Shown here in pieces: positions 12,331-23,350 of a stretch of 64,000 bases of DNA. The DNA is from Raillietiella orientalis (Eukaryota), in contig JAYWIR010000002.1 of NCBI GenBank assembly GCA_036172245.1, forward strand, positions 310,001 through 374,000, read 5' to 3'. Position 1 is the first letter of the stretch; every line of letters begins with the position of its first letter. The notes beneath the pieces are model-generated. The model was not told the DNA's origin and searched no databases. It saw only the letters and a program-made list of their open reading frames with translations. The translations under genes were made by a program, and so were the position numbers.

Positions 12331-13661
12331 TTTCGTAGCAGTCCAGCGGATTGACAAATCCACGCAGCCTGATTTTTTTCCCCCTTTTTTCTGTCCTTGC
12401 GTAAGCGGATAAGAATGGAGAAAAGAATTGCATCTGGAACGAAGAATCGAATGTGGGAATCACGTCGATTTAGTAGTCCGGATCCAAATGGCTCAAAAAT
12501 CAAAACGGATCAAAATCGGGAACGGCTGACCTCTAGTCACCCTGTTTCCTCAGTGAATGTCAAAGTACGACCGAATCTGCTGCTCTGGAGTAATGGTTAA
12601 AGAGCAGTCTATGTGGCGTGACTCTATTCTGCTTCTGAAGAACTAGAGAGAACAAGACGAAGAAAGAGTGATGCGTACAGAAGATCGACCTTCCAGTTTG
12701 CAGACAGAGGTCGCAAGACCGGTAGGATCACAGCATTCGAAAAAAAAAACGACCAATGCTAAAAGATAGATACCTCAGGAGTGAATTGAACTTACCAGGT
12801 AGGAGTGGTATGTTCCAAAATGCGTTGCTCTCAGGTAGGAAACCTACTGGGAACACAGGTTGAGGCATCAGTCAAGATGAAGAAACCTCCGTAAGATTAC
12901 ATCTTCAAGTGAAGGATGAAGTGGAGAGGACAGCCAGGTGGTGAAGAGATGGAAGCTGTTTTGGTCACTGATTGCTCCCTCGAGAGCATCGTTCGACCAC
13001 TCGTCGATCAAACTGAGAAATCAACAAGGCACGTGACGCCAGTGTCTCCAAGTCCCATTCGAATGACCGTGGGACACACATTCCCTTTTTCGTAATTTAA
13101 AGTCCGCGACTTCACTTCCTCTGATTCTGAAGACAAAAACTCTTCCTTTAAAAAAAAAGAGTGGATGTTAGCTGTAATATTGCGGACGTCAACGGACGAC
13201 GGCGGAGGTGCTGAAGCGTCCTTTGTCAACGTTCACTGTATGCAACTGAACGTACAGATGTCAATAGAATGCCTCCACTTCCTTCCTGGGCGGAGGGGAT
13301 GTAGGAATCTTTTAAGCAGAAGTTCTCCAAAGTCTCTTTCCGTTTACTGGTTTGGTTCTAGAAGCCCCGTTCCAGAAGCCGGTTCCTTGCAAAGAGCTTT
13401 CCCTCTTGCAAGCGGCGAAAGCCTTTCGCAGTCGCGTGATCAAAAATGGGTCTCCGAAGGGCAGAAGAAGGTGGAGAAAAGAAGACGGACACCCCGAGGT
13501 CCACCACAGAAGAACAGAACGACCAGTACGAATTTGCCAGAAGCGGCACCAAAATATCAGCAACAGGCGATGCGGCAAGCGAATCGACGACCACCAGAGA
13601 GACGGCCCATCATTCCGGACCTTAAAGTCCGGTGAGAACGAACGGATAGCGCGCGGAGTGA

Positions 13662-14678
13662 GACCGCTGCGGCGGAATGGAGACGCCTAGGAACGCCGAG
13701 GGAGGAGCACGTGGCGGAGTGGACCGATGCTATGAAAACGGGACCCAGTCGGCGGGAGCCGAGCTCCAATCTCTCTGCTCGAGAAACGCGACCGGCACGG
13801 GCCTGGAGCAGCACACAACCTTCTCTCTCTCTGAAGGGGAAGATCCGCAACGGGAGTCTCTTGTGGACGTCCGCCGGAACTGGGAACGTCGGGAAGATTC
13901 TGAACTCCTCCAGGTCGGAACAAACCCAGCGGAAACTGGTGGAGCTCGCCTACGGCGCTGACCCTGTGTGCAAGTCGGGGGCAAGGGCTGGCAAGGGCTG
14001 GCAAGAGCTGGCGAGAAAGATGAATCCAAACATCCGTTGGCTGCCTCCCTTCGCAGTTGCCGTGCTCCCTCCCCCTCCCCATTCTCGTCCTCTCCACCGC
14101 CATCCTCCTCATCACCGCCACCGTTACCTCCGGATAGCTGGCTCTCGTCGAAGCAAAAGGAAGAAGCGAAGTGCCATCCGGCAAGGCGAGCGATCGCGGA
14201 GGCCAGATGACCTCGACCTGCCCTCAAACCTGCAATGAGGCTCCCCGGATTCCACTTGGGTGTGTGGCATGGGAGCTGCGCCATGAACCGAATGTCGGGT
14301 TACTCGCGCTCCCGACGCAGACGCTGCTCGGATTCCGACGAAGGCAGCGGTTGCGATGGCGACCGTGAAAGTCGACCCGACCCACCCCGAGAGGTGCCGC
14401 AAGGACGCTCCTGCCGAAGTATCCGGTCCTGGAGATGGGTGGCTCTCAAGCACCCGACTCCGGATGCGCCCTTGGCCTCCGGCTCCGTGACGTCGGGAGA
14501 GACTGCAGGTCGTCTCGGGTTCCGGCGAGCGGGAGGAGGAGGGTGCGCGCTCAGGGGGATTCAAGATCTCCTGGAACAGCCTCCGTCGTCGCGGATCCAG
14601 TGGCAGTGGCACGCTCTGAGGAAAAATGCTGGGGAGGGCTTAGGCGACCGACCTTTGGGGCGGGGCAGCCGATCCCAA
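13662..14678 (+). repeat. inverted segmental duplicate, copy 1 (partner 53934-54952)
   Basis: Core 13698-14638 is near-identical to the reverse complement of ~53976-54916. The ORF track shows the same 162-aa and 80-aa translations on opposite strands. Confidence 0.95.
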
Positions 14679-15217
14679 ACCCGCATGCGACTTCCAGTCG
14701 ATTTACTGAGGTCGTCAAACTTCACTGGAAGCTGTGACGGAATCTGGAAGCAGGCACGAATGCGGAATGCGCACAACGTAAAGAAGTGTTGAGCGCGTCC
14801 AGAGATTCCGAGAAATCCATACCTGGGTCTCGTGATTCTTCTACTGTGCAGACGACCTACCTAAGAGCACGGGGAACGCCCAGGACAAAGCTGCTGGTTA
14901 CTCAGAAGATGTGTTGTGCAAGAAAAGTCCCAGCATTCCGCCAATCTCTTTGTCGTCCATTCGACGCAGGGAAACCGATGCATAGCCAAGTCTGCATGCC
15001 GAGTCCGTCCAAAGGTCCTCGACCGCTTTGCGGCCGTTGTCGTCGAAGTCGCTTCGCAACGTCTTCAGAATACCTAGTGCACTGCCGAAGAACGTACCAC
15101 AATGTCTTCTTTTCTGAGGGAGAAGAGGAATGGGATCCTTTAAGTACTTAAGAACCGTTCGTTCAGGGTCTCACGAAGCTCTTTAACGCTGATCACGCCA
15201 CCTGAGAGTGCACGCAA

Positions 15218-16410
15218 CTCTTCAGATTGGGGTGCACCCCAGGAGGGGATCACCCAGTGAATCCAGGAAGGCTCCGAAGGAAGCAGTGCATTCCTCTTAC
15301 TCTTGGTAGGGAAACCCCAAAAGAATTAACCCCCTATTCTCCCCTAAGGCACCCCTGGTGGTGGCTGCATCATGTTCCTTTTACGGAGGGAACCCGGAAA
15401 ACATCCGCTCCTCGAATTTCCACTCCGCACGGAAGAAATTCAGGAGAGGATTCCTTACATGCCGACCACTCCTTCTTTCCTCCTTGGGAGGCCACTTCCC
15501 GAAGGGAGCAGCAAGCTCTGGAGAAGCATTAATTAACCAGCTCCATGCTACGCAATGAGGGCGCCCCATTTCCCCCTTCGAAGGGGGGTGGGGATGGACG
15601 GCTCCATTTTCACCGCCTGAGGGGAACCCCGAAGTCAACCGGCTCCTTGATTCCTGGAAGGATGCCGGAGGGCCCACTCCCAATCCTGTCCATTCAACGG
15701 GGATATCCGACTTTCACCAGTGCCGCGACTCTTGGAACCCCCGGCGGCAACGCCAGAGACGTTTCAAAGCGCCTATTTTTGCGTGACGTCCTCACGCCGG
15801 CCGCACCCCTGGCAGCACTGTGCTGCCCACGGGGAGGGGATCGTAGTTGCATGGAGCAATGTCAGAAGAGACCAGAACGACAGGGACGCCATTTATTTTG
15901 CCGTCCTCTTCATAAGGACAGCGCGTCAAGATAGCCCCATCTGGGAGTTTTGAAACAGGAACTTGCCGGCATCCTTATAAGGATGCAGGGAACACCCTGC
16001 AGCACAAGTGATTCCTTCTCGAACCTCCCCCATTTTTCTGACCATATGTTTTTAGTTTTATTTTGTATCCCTTTTGTTTGTCTCTCCTTCCCCTGTGACG
16101 CCGAGGCGAATCCCACTGGCCTGTGTGCCAGTTCCCTACAGGTTCCTTCTCTTATCCATAAGTAACGTGGAAGGATCACACGTACTGCCACAGACGTGTA
16201 TGTTTATTTCATAAATAAACTCCTCGGCGTACCGGATGTCAACCAGTGCCACACCTGAAGTTCTAAGACCAACCGGCGTTGTTCTGCAGCTATGACTGCA
16301 AACATACGACGAACCCATCTCTCGGAGGTTTGATCCTTCCCCGGGTGGGATTCGAACCCGCAACACTTGGTACCGCGCGCGGAGACTGCCATAGCTATGC
16401 GGCCACTGAT
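15218..16410 (-). mobile_element. tRNA-derived SINE split by a LINE insertion (parts 15218-15726 and 16242-16410)
   Basis: The head has a perfect B-box GGTTCGAATCC (revcomp of 16348-16358). The SINE sequence resumes across the insertion at the duplicated ACCAGTGCC. Confidence 0.75.
15727..16241 (+). mobile_element. 5'-truncated L1/Tx1-like LINE with TSD, inserted in SINE
   Basis: Translation KRLFLRDVLTPAAPLAALCC...LKQELAGIL matches the 44.6-44.8 kb copy. It ends AATAAACTCCTCGGCGTACCGGATGTCA. TSD ACCAGTGCC(G/A)C at 15716-15726 and 16242-16252. Confidence 0.8.
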
Positions 16411-18990
16411 GTCTTCCGTGCTTTGGGCACGATGTCGAAGCAGCCCGAGTTCCCCTGGTATTTTATGCTTCCCAGGAGACGGATTACATTGTTCAGACCG
16501 CTTCCCTTGAAAGAAGAGTCCAGGACTCAGATCCTATGTCCTCATCACGTATGCTGCTCCGTGATTCTCGACTACTTCTGAGGAACTTTCCAGCGCTGCC
16601 ACTTGCCTTAAAGAGGTTTCTCGAAGAGAAATCGTGTGGGCCTTCCGGATGCCAAGCGCAGTCGCATCGAAGTTAGTGTTCTCACAGTCCGATTCTAGAA
16701 GTTGAGAGTCTGCGTTCCATCTGGTTCAAAAGACAAGAAAGTCGACCTCCAGGAGCGACAAGGCTCTCGAATCTCGAGATGGTTTTTCCACCTCGTCCTT
16801 CCCGGATAGATCCTTCCCACCTTCGCAGCACACGAAAGGGTCTTAACCTGGTGTAATCCCGACTGCCACGGTGGAACGCACGGAGCTGAAGTTCTCTCTT
16901 CCCCCCGCAGACATTTTCCCTCGTGCATCCTCTCCTGCACTAAAGCGCTCTTTCCCGAATTTTCCCGGCGGAGATCGCGCACAGATGACATCGACTCGAA
17001 TTCACGCCGCATCACGCCGAGGATTCCTCGCGACGTGAGTCGCGAGTAATCCTTCTTCAGTCTTCGAATGCAACCCATGCCCCCAGAGTGTTGAGATTTT
17101 CACGCTGGAGAAGTCTCTTCAGCGCTTTCAAAGTCTGGAAGTCCAGGAGCGATTTTTCCTGACGTTTTTTTTTCTTTCCCCCCAGTAGAACCGAATTTGA
17201 GCCGAGCGCCATCTTTGAACCATTTAAGAGACCAAGCACAGAGAAATTCACAGTGTGGCGGAAAAGTGTTTCGATTGTCTGAAATGAGGTGTTCAATATG
17301 GCAGCCTCTTCCTATTGTTCCTAACGCAAATGGATTTCTCCAGCCATCTTCGGCCCTCGCGATGTTAACGTCCGGATATGTAGCCGCCAACTCTGTGGTT
17401 GAAAGCAAGCGGAACAGCACGCGCGTTACTTGTGCGAAAGGATGCAGTTGACAGCATCCTGCTATGCGAGTTCGATCCTTGATGAGGGCGGGAATCGCCA
17501 GTGTTTGTTGAGCATCCTCAAGTGGCATGAAAAGGGCAAACTCGCCGGACCAACACACGGCTCAACGCGGGGCAGGGAGGGTCTCTTAACGCAGGCCTCT
17601 CTCTCGGAGACTGCGAGATGCGGAGGACTCTCTTTCCAAAGTTGCTCGGAGCTTGTGACTGAGTGCACCTGAAACTCTGCAAAGAATGGAGGCGGACGGG
17701 GGCTTCGAGTGTTCTCCGGAAGAAATGCGTTCGTTCAGTTCGGGCACCTCTCGGTGGCAGCCCCAATGGTTTCGAGTGTCAATTAGCCAAAAGCACGGAG
17801 GACCGAGGGAGAGGAGGAGACAATTCACGTTTGCTCGAAGTGGCGAAATCCAACGAAACCATCTCGCCAGTGATCCGTGAAATTCGCAAGCCAAGCGCCC
17901 GTCATGCATACTCGAGCTGGCTCCTTCGGTCCAGTAATTAATTCAACCAACTGTTCCTTTGGTTTGCTCTGACGGGTAGTCAAGGTCTGCTGCGTAGTCC
18001 ATCTTCAAAGAATGGCCTCTAACCTGTGGCTGCAAGTGTGTCTATTCTCATGTTCAATCTGTAGCTAGCGACGAGCGTGGTGCAGACATGGAGATTCCTT
18101 TTTCGGGTTTCTTGTCTTTTCATGAATACTTCTTGAGCCGTGGTTTGGTTCCGTGGGTTGCATGGTATGGGAGCATCAAACGCTCAGCAAAAGGGACGCA
18201 CAAAGCACACTTTATCTTGACCAGAGTTCCCATATGCAACTTACCTGATAGCTATGCACGACTCTGCTATTAGATACGTATCGTTGGTCAAAGACTTGCA
18301 CGAAGCGCGGTGAAGTCAGCATTGCTGGTTGCCTTGAAGGACTGAAATTACGGGTAAGAGTGAAAAAAAGACTGACTGATTCGTCCATCTTTCGTGAAAT
18401 TCGCCCGCAAAGCCACGAGGGGGGATTTCAGTTGGACGACCTGACGAGCTAAAGAACTGAATGTTTTCTGTGCTCGTCTCCTCGCCATGTGAAAAAAAAA
18501 ACAAAAAAAAACGACGACCGTTCCTGGATGGCCCGTTGGAAAGCGATCTTGGGTGCTTCTTTGGTCCACATGCACTCTTGAGTATCGTTCACTCCTTAGA
18601 GATTCGGCAGATCATTCGGATGCATTTCATCGGAGAACGACAAGAGCAAGGGAAGGCGAAGAGATGAAACCAGTTGAAATCTTTCGGAGGAGCCTGGTGA
18701 AACTGAAGCGATTAAGAGCGCACGCGAAAGCATTCCCAGCTCCATCGCTAGCGCCGAAAAACGTCAAAGATAAAATCTGAATCAGATCGCAACTACCGAA
18801 ATCCTCTTCCTTCTGCCTTGATACAGGACGCTGAATGCAAACGGGCATCGGCATTCACAAGCGATTATTCTTCGATGGGAATAATCGATCACAGAGATCT
18901 CATGACTCCAACCTTCTCATTTTCTTTGACTGACTTTTGTGTCTTGAAACAGAGGAAAGTAGCAATTGGAAAAGAGCAATTCCACTACTG

Positions 18991-19399
18991 CATGTTCCCT
19001 GAATCCCCAGCATCCTGAATCATTACTCAGGGACGCAAATTTTAGTTAATCTGGTTCATTTCTTGGATGAACCACTCCTCCATGTCATTTGGCTTCGAAA
19101 GATTAGCATGATCTCCTTGATGCTCCAAGAAGAATCTTTCACTTCTCACAGTCGTGCCACCTGTTAAGTTGATTATGAATGATGAAACCGACGTCCAGAG
19201 TGGTTCCTTGGTTGAGAGTGTCATAGAAACCTCCCTTTTGCTTTTTATGGGGAAATAAGGGCCCCGGAGCACCCGAGTGAAAAAATGACATGCAAACCTT
19301 GGAGGAGTGGTTCATCCAAAAAATGAACCAGATTAACTAAAATTTGCTCAGCGTCCCTGCATAATAACGCCTCAGCATCCTGAGGATTCAGTTAACATG
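18991..19399. mobile_element. foldback/MITE-like element with ~100-bp inverted arms
   Basis: Left arm ...GCAAATTTTAGTTAATCTGGTTCATTTCTTGGATGAACCACTCCTCCA pairs with right arm TGGAGGAGTGGTTCATCCAAAAAATGAACCAGATTAACTAAAATTTGC (1 mismatch in 48 nt). Weaker pairing extends outward; the spacer is ~190 bp. Confidence 0.75.
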
Positions 19400-22169
19400 A
19401 AGGGGAAAACCGTTGGTCAAGATCTTACGGAAGGTTTCCGCACAGAGCATTTGCTAATTTGCTGGGAGTTACCTTCATTTTTCATTTTCTTTTTTTTTTT
19501 TCAACTTTGTTATCCACAGGACAAGACTTCCTGACTGTCAGGAGGATTGCTGTCTGTTCGACACACCACAAAAGTCTGTCTATCTCTCGACGAGTTAAAT
19601 ATGAGTCCCCGTAAACAAACAGAAAATACGTAATGAGCTCATAAAGACTCCAATGAAGAAGAGATCGCACCATCCGCCATGTAATATATATGCATCGATC
19701 GTGAGCATTTCTAATTCTTCAAATTTGCTTCTGGAGCAATCCACTAACCGATGCAAATAGGTGGATTCGTGGTAGGTGGATTGCTGCTCTCGACCAAGCC
19801 TTTCGCTACGATTGCGTCCCGGGCTGATAGATGGCACGCGCGATCAATGCTCATCGATTCGCGTTCGGCGGTAGATGGTCAGGAGCGACTGCTCCCTGTC
19901 GTCCGGTTTCTTATTGCGACTTACCGCATCGTAGTCCTTCGTGGTTCTGGATTGGTTCTCAGCTTCCCGTGAACAGGGAGCAGTTTCCGGCGTTGCGGGA
20001 TTGCAGGGTTCGAAAGGAAACCTCTGCCAGCACCAGATCTGGAATGCTCCAGACCTGGATGCCGCCCATCTCTATCGATCATGCCGGCGAACAAATCGGC
20101 GATGCTCTTCGGTCCTACGGAAGGTGATCCCCTCTATGATTGGTGAAGGGTGAAGCGTTCGAAGTGATCTTTGGTGCTCAAAATGATTTAGATTCTACTC
20201 TTCCTTCTACGCGGGTGATTGTCGAACGTTGGATTCTCACAGCGACACTTCAGGAAAAACACAAAGTATCGCCTCCGACAATCGAGGTTCTATTTCCGGG
20301 GCGGTGCACATGAGAGAAAGGTGGAGCACCACGCGCGTGCACACCGCAAGAGGAGGGCGTTTCGTCCTGATCGGCGCGTGCCGGAGTGGTTGTGCGCCAA
20401 TTCTGTGCAGTCCTCTTGACTGCACAAACAGAACCATTCGTGCCAGAATGGTGACGCTTCAGATTCCACGATGCGCTGCTTGCAGTAATGAGAAATCATT
20501 CCTGGTTCTTCGATGGTGGTCACTTCGAAATCTTCGGGAAGGGGAGGAGGAGGGGAGGGGATGAATGTTGCCGACGGCGTGACTGGAAGTGATCGTTTCG
20601 TCTTCTGTGGATGGAAAGCGGGGAAGTCTGGGAGACGCATCGGGGGCGCACTGAAGATCTTTGGATGCACAGGGGAACATGCACTGCTCTTGCTCTTCTC
20701 TGCGCTTCTACGTTCATTCTACAGAGGAATGCAAGAGGAGGAGGAGGGGAGGGAAGCGGCTTGCCCGGACCAACGATGTTCCGCTCCGAACATCACAACG
20801 GAACGAGGCTTCCCTAAGTGTGTGGGGATCCGGAGAACGCGTTGGGCTGGGTAGTTACCCAGCCCAACGCGTGGAGGTACTAACAGAGCGGGAAGAGGAG
20901 AAAGGGATCAAGGCAAAGAGGTCAATGTATAGAGAGGTGTCGCCTGCGTGGTCATCCCCCGTTGAGAACTCAAAGAGAGCAGGTCATCGACTACATTTTT
21001 TCCCCGAATCACAAGGCGGTGAATGGGAGGAGGGAACACGGAAGGGGAGGCGACCAAGGAAAAAAGACGTCCGCCTTCCTCCCTTTCCCTTTCTGGACGT
21101 TCCTCTCCCGCTCCTGCTCTCCCGTTTCGTCACGCCCCCTTTCCTCCGAGCAAAGGGCGGTGAAGAGCTCCGCTCGCGACTCTTCGAGCCGCTGTGGGAC
21201 TGCCCATCTCTTCGCCTTTCCTGACAACTGCCCCACCATCCACCCGCCATCTTGGAAAACGCCTTGCTGACCTTCGGCACCGGAAAGAGGGTTTGGTCTC
21301 GGAACACTATCTCCCATCTCCCTTGAGGCGTGATCGACCCTGTGTTCGTTTCCTACCGGCTGAGTGTGAAGGAGTAGGGAAAGCACATGGACACAACCCC
21401 CTCCTCCTTCCCATGGACAGTAGCAGAATCCACAACGGCCTCATCACCACCATGGTCATAATTAGAAGCAGCAGTGTCAGTAACGTCGCCGTCCTCACTG
21501 TCCACAACAAGTGGACAAGGGAAAAAGAAAAGCTGAGACTTGAGTTTGGTGGAGCCAAGGTTTCCATAGAGTCACAGGAGGGAACCCTTGTAGAGACCAT
21601 TCTTCACTGATCCACAGTGAAGAAGGGACATGTCTCTACAAGGGAGATTCAGTCTCTTTCTGAGTGGAAATTCTCTTTCTGACGCCTGGTCCTTCGAGGG
21701 AAGGAAACTCTCGAGGCTTTCGAGAGTTTCCTGAGCTTTCCTCGTCCCAGCTGCAGACAGGATGGACGTGTGGCACGGCTCGAGGAGCTAATGCATGCTA
21801 GCGGCGGAACGCGAGACAATCCTCCAGCTGATGGACCCGCCCCCATCCCGAAAGTAGGGAGGGGACTGAAGTGGAGCAGAAAACTGTTCTTTCTAGGGTT
21901 CCCGAAAGCGACCGAGCAGGAAACAGGGAAGCCTTCGCCTCCCGTTTGACTCGGAAGAGGCGCTCCCTTCCTGCTGCAGGGAAGGGGGAAGAGCTCGAAC
22001 GAGAGACGGGAAGCGGTGCCTGCGGGACACGAAAATGCTCACGTGTTCCACAGCGCAAACGGTCAGAAGAGCTTCCGTGTTGCTGGGCTGCCGGGCCCCG
22101 CAAACGCATTCAATTCTCTCGCGAGGCCTCTCCGTGCTGCGAGCTCAGCACCTGACAACTTGGCCTCGG

Positions 22170-22330
22170 AAGGAGAAGAGAAACGAGTAGAGTAGGAACA
22201 AAAAGAAGAAAAATAACAAGAAGAACAGGAACAAGAAGAAAAAGAGGAAGAAGAAGAGGGACGAGTAGAATGGGGTCAAGAGGAAGTGGAACAAAAGCAA
22301 GAAGAAAAAAAGAGCAAGGGCAAAGAACAT
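22170..22330. repeat. low-complexity purine (GA) tract
   Basis: Runs of AAGAAG/AACAAG/GAGGAA. Confidence 0.8.
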
Positions 22331-22799
22331 ATTCTTTCCGTCCTCTAGAAAAGGAAACAAGTGATGACGCGACTTTGTGGACTTCGCAGTGAAAAGAAGG
22401 CACGTGACTTCGTCAGAAAACATGGATTTACATTGGATGGGTGTGTACATGGGAACGGATGCTCGGATATACCATTCCCTCCAGCACATGCCGTGCAGAA
22501 ACGAGCGCCAAGCCAGTCGAGACGTCTTCGTGGGGGTTTGTTCCCACAGATGGACTTCCTGGAACTCCAGCGCTCACCGCTCTCCGTTCCGGAGATCTGC
22601 CGGAAGCTACTCGGTGTTGCTTTAGAGCACGTACTCCCGCTGCTTCGGGAACGAGGGAAGCGCAGCCAGGACGGGGGGTCCGTGGGTGCATGAGGAGGTA
22701 TCGTCATGCAGGTGGACCTCCTTCTCGTAGTGGTCGGTGGTAGTGAACCTCGCCTCGGAGCAGCTCCCGCGGGATTCCCGAGGTCTCACGTCGCAGCGG

Positions 22800-23044
22800 T
22801 CAGCTGGATTTGAACATCTCGCAGAGCAGCCTCTCTATCGGGATGTTCCCAACCGTCTTGCGGAAGAAGAGTTCCTCGACGGTGCGGGCCCTGAATCGGT
22901 GTATGGAAGGCAGCAGGAGAAGCAGGCGCCCGAAGCGAATCTTGCCCCCGCAGGGACACATGCCGAAGCTGTAGTCGTGTAGCATGAGCAGGGACTGCTC
23001 CTGCAGGAAGCTGACCTGAGCCACATCACGCAGTCCCTTCGCCT
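22800..23044 (-). CDS. NR2E6: NR2E nuclear receptor, coding exon 6 (LBD C-terminus, AF-2)
   Basis: CAG acceptor, phase 1. Translation EAKGLRDVAQVSFLQEQSLLMLHDY...RFGRLLLLLPSI...VEELFFRKTVGNIPIERLLCEMFKSS* has the NR2E/F-type RFGRLLLLLP and FFxKTxGxxPIERLL motifs. Confidence 0.92.
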
Positions 23045-23121
23045 CTGCTTGCCGAATTGGGGTGAAAGAAGGGGTGCCTGTTGCGGGAGGGGGGAGCGAA
23101 AGGGAGGTTTCGAACCCTCAC

Positions 23122-23350
23122 CTGGATTCAGGAGCACGATCGACTTGAGGAAGGAGTACTCGATGTCGTCCGGCCGAAAGGCGTCGAACCTCGAGATGAT
23201 TTCCGACAGCGCTGCCACGTCCTCGGACGAGACCCCCCGATTGGCGAACAGCTCGTTCTTCTCGACCGGGAGTTTCCACTGGGCGGCACTGATGACGAAC
23301 AGCTCGCTCCAGGTTTCCTCCAGGAGGATGGCTTGGTCCCGGAACGGGAG
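23122..23350 (-). CDS. NR2E6: NR2E nuclear receptor, coding exon 5 (LBD)
   Basis: CCTCTTGCAG acceptor, phase 0. LPFRDQAILLEETWSELFVISAAQW...DDIEYSFLKSIVLLNP; GTGAGG donor, phase 1. Confidence 0.93.

Noticed and set aside
16340-16410. Functional tRNA gene suggested by the perfect GGTTCGAATCC B-box
   Set aside because: There is no convincing acceptor or anticodon stem, and the sequence continues into the SINE body seen in other copies.
17100-17558. Merlin/IS1595-like transposase remnant
   Set aside because: The catalytic motifs could not be aligned; only a vague resemblance.
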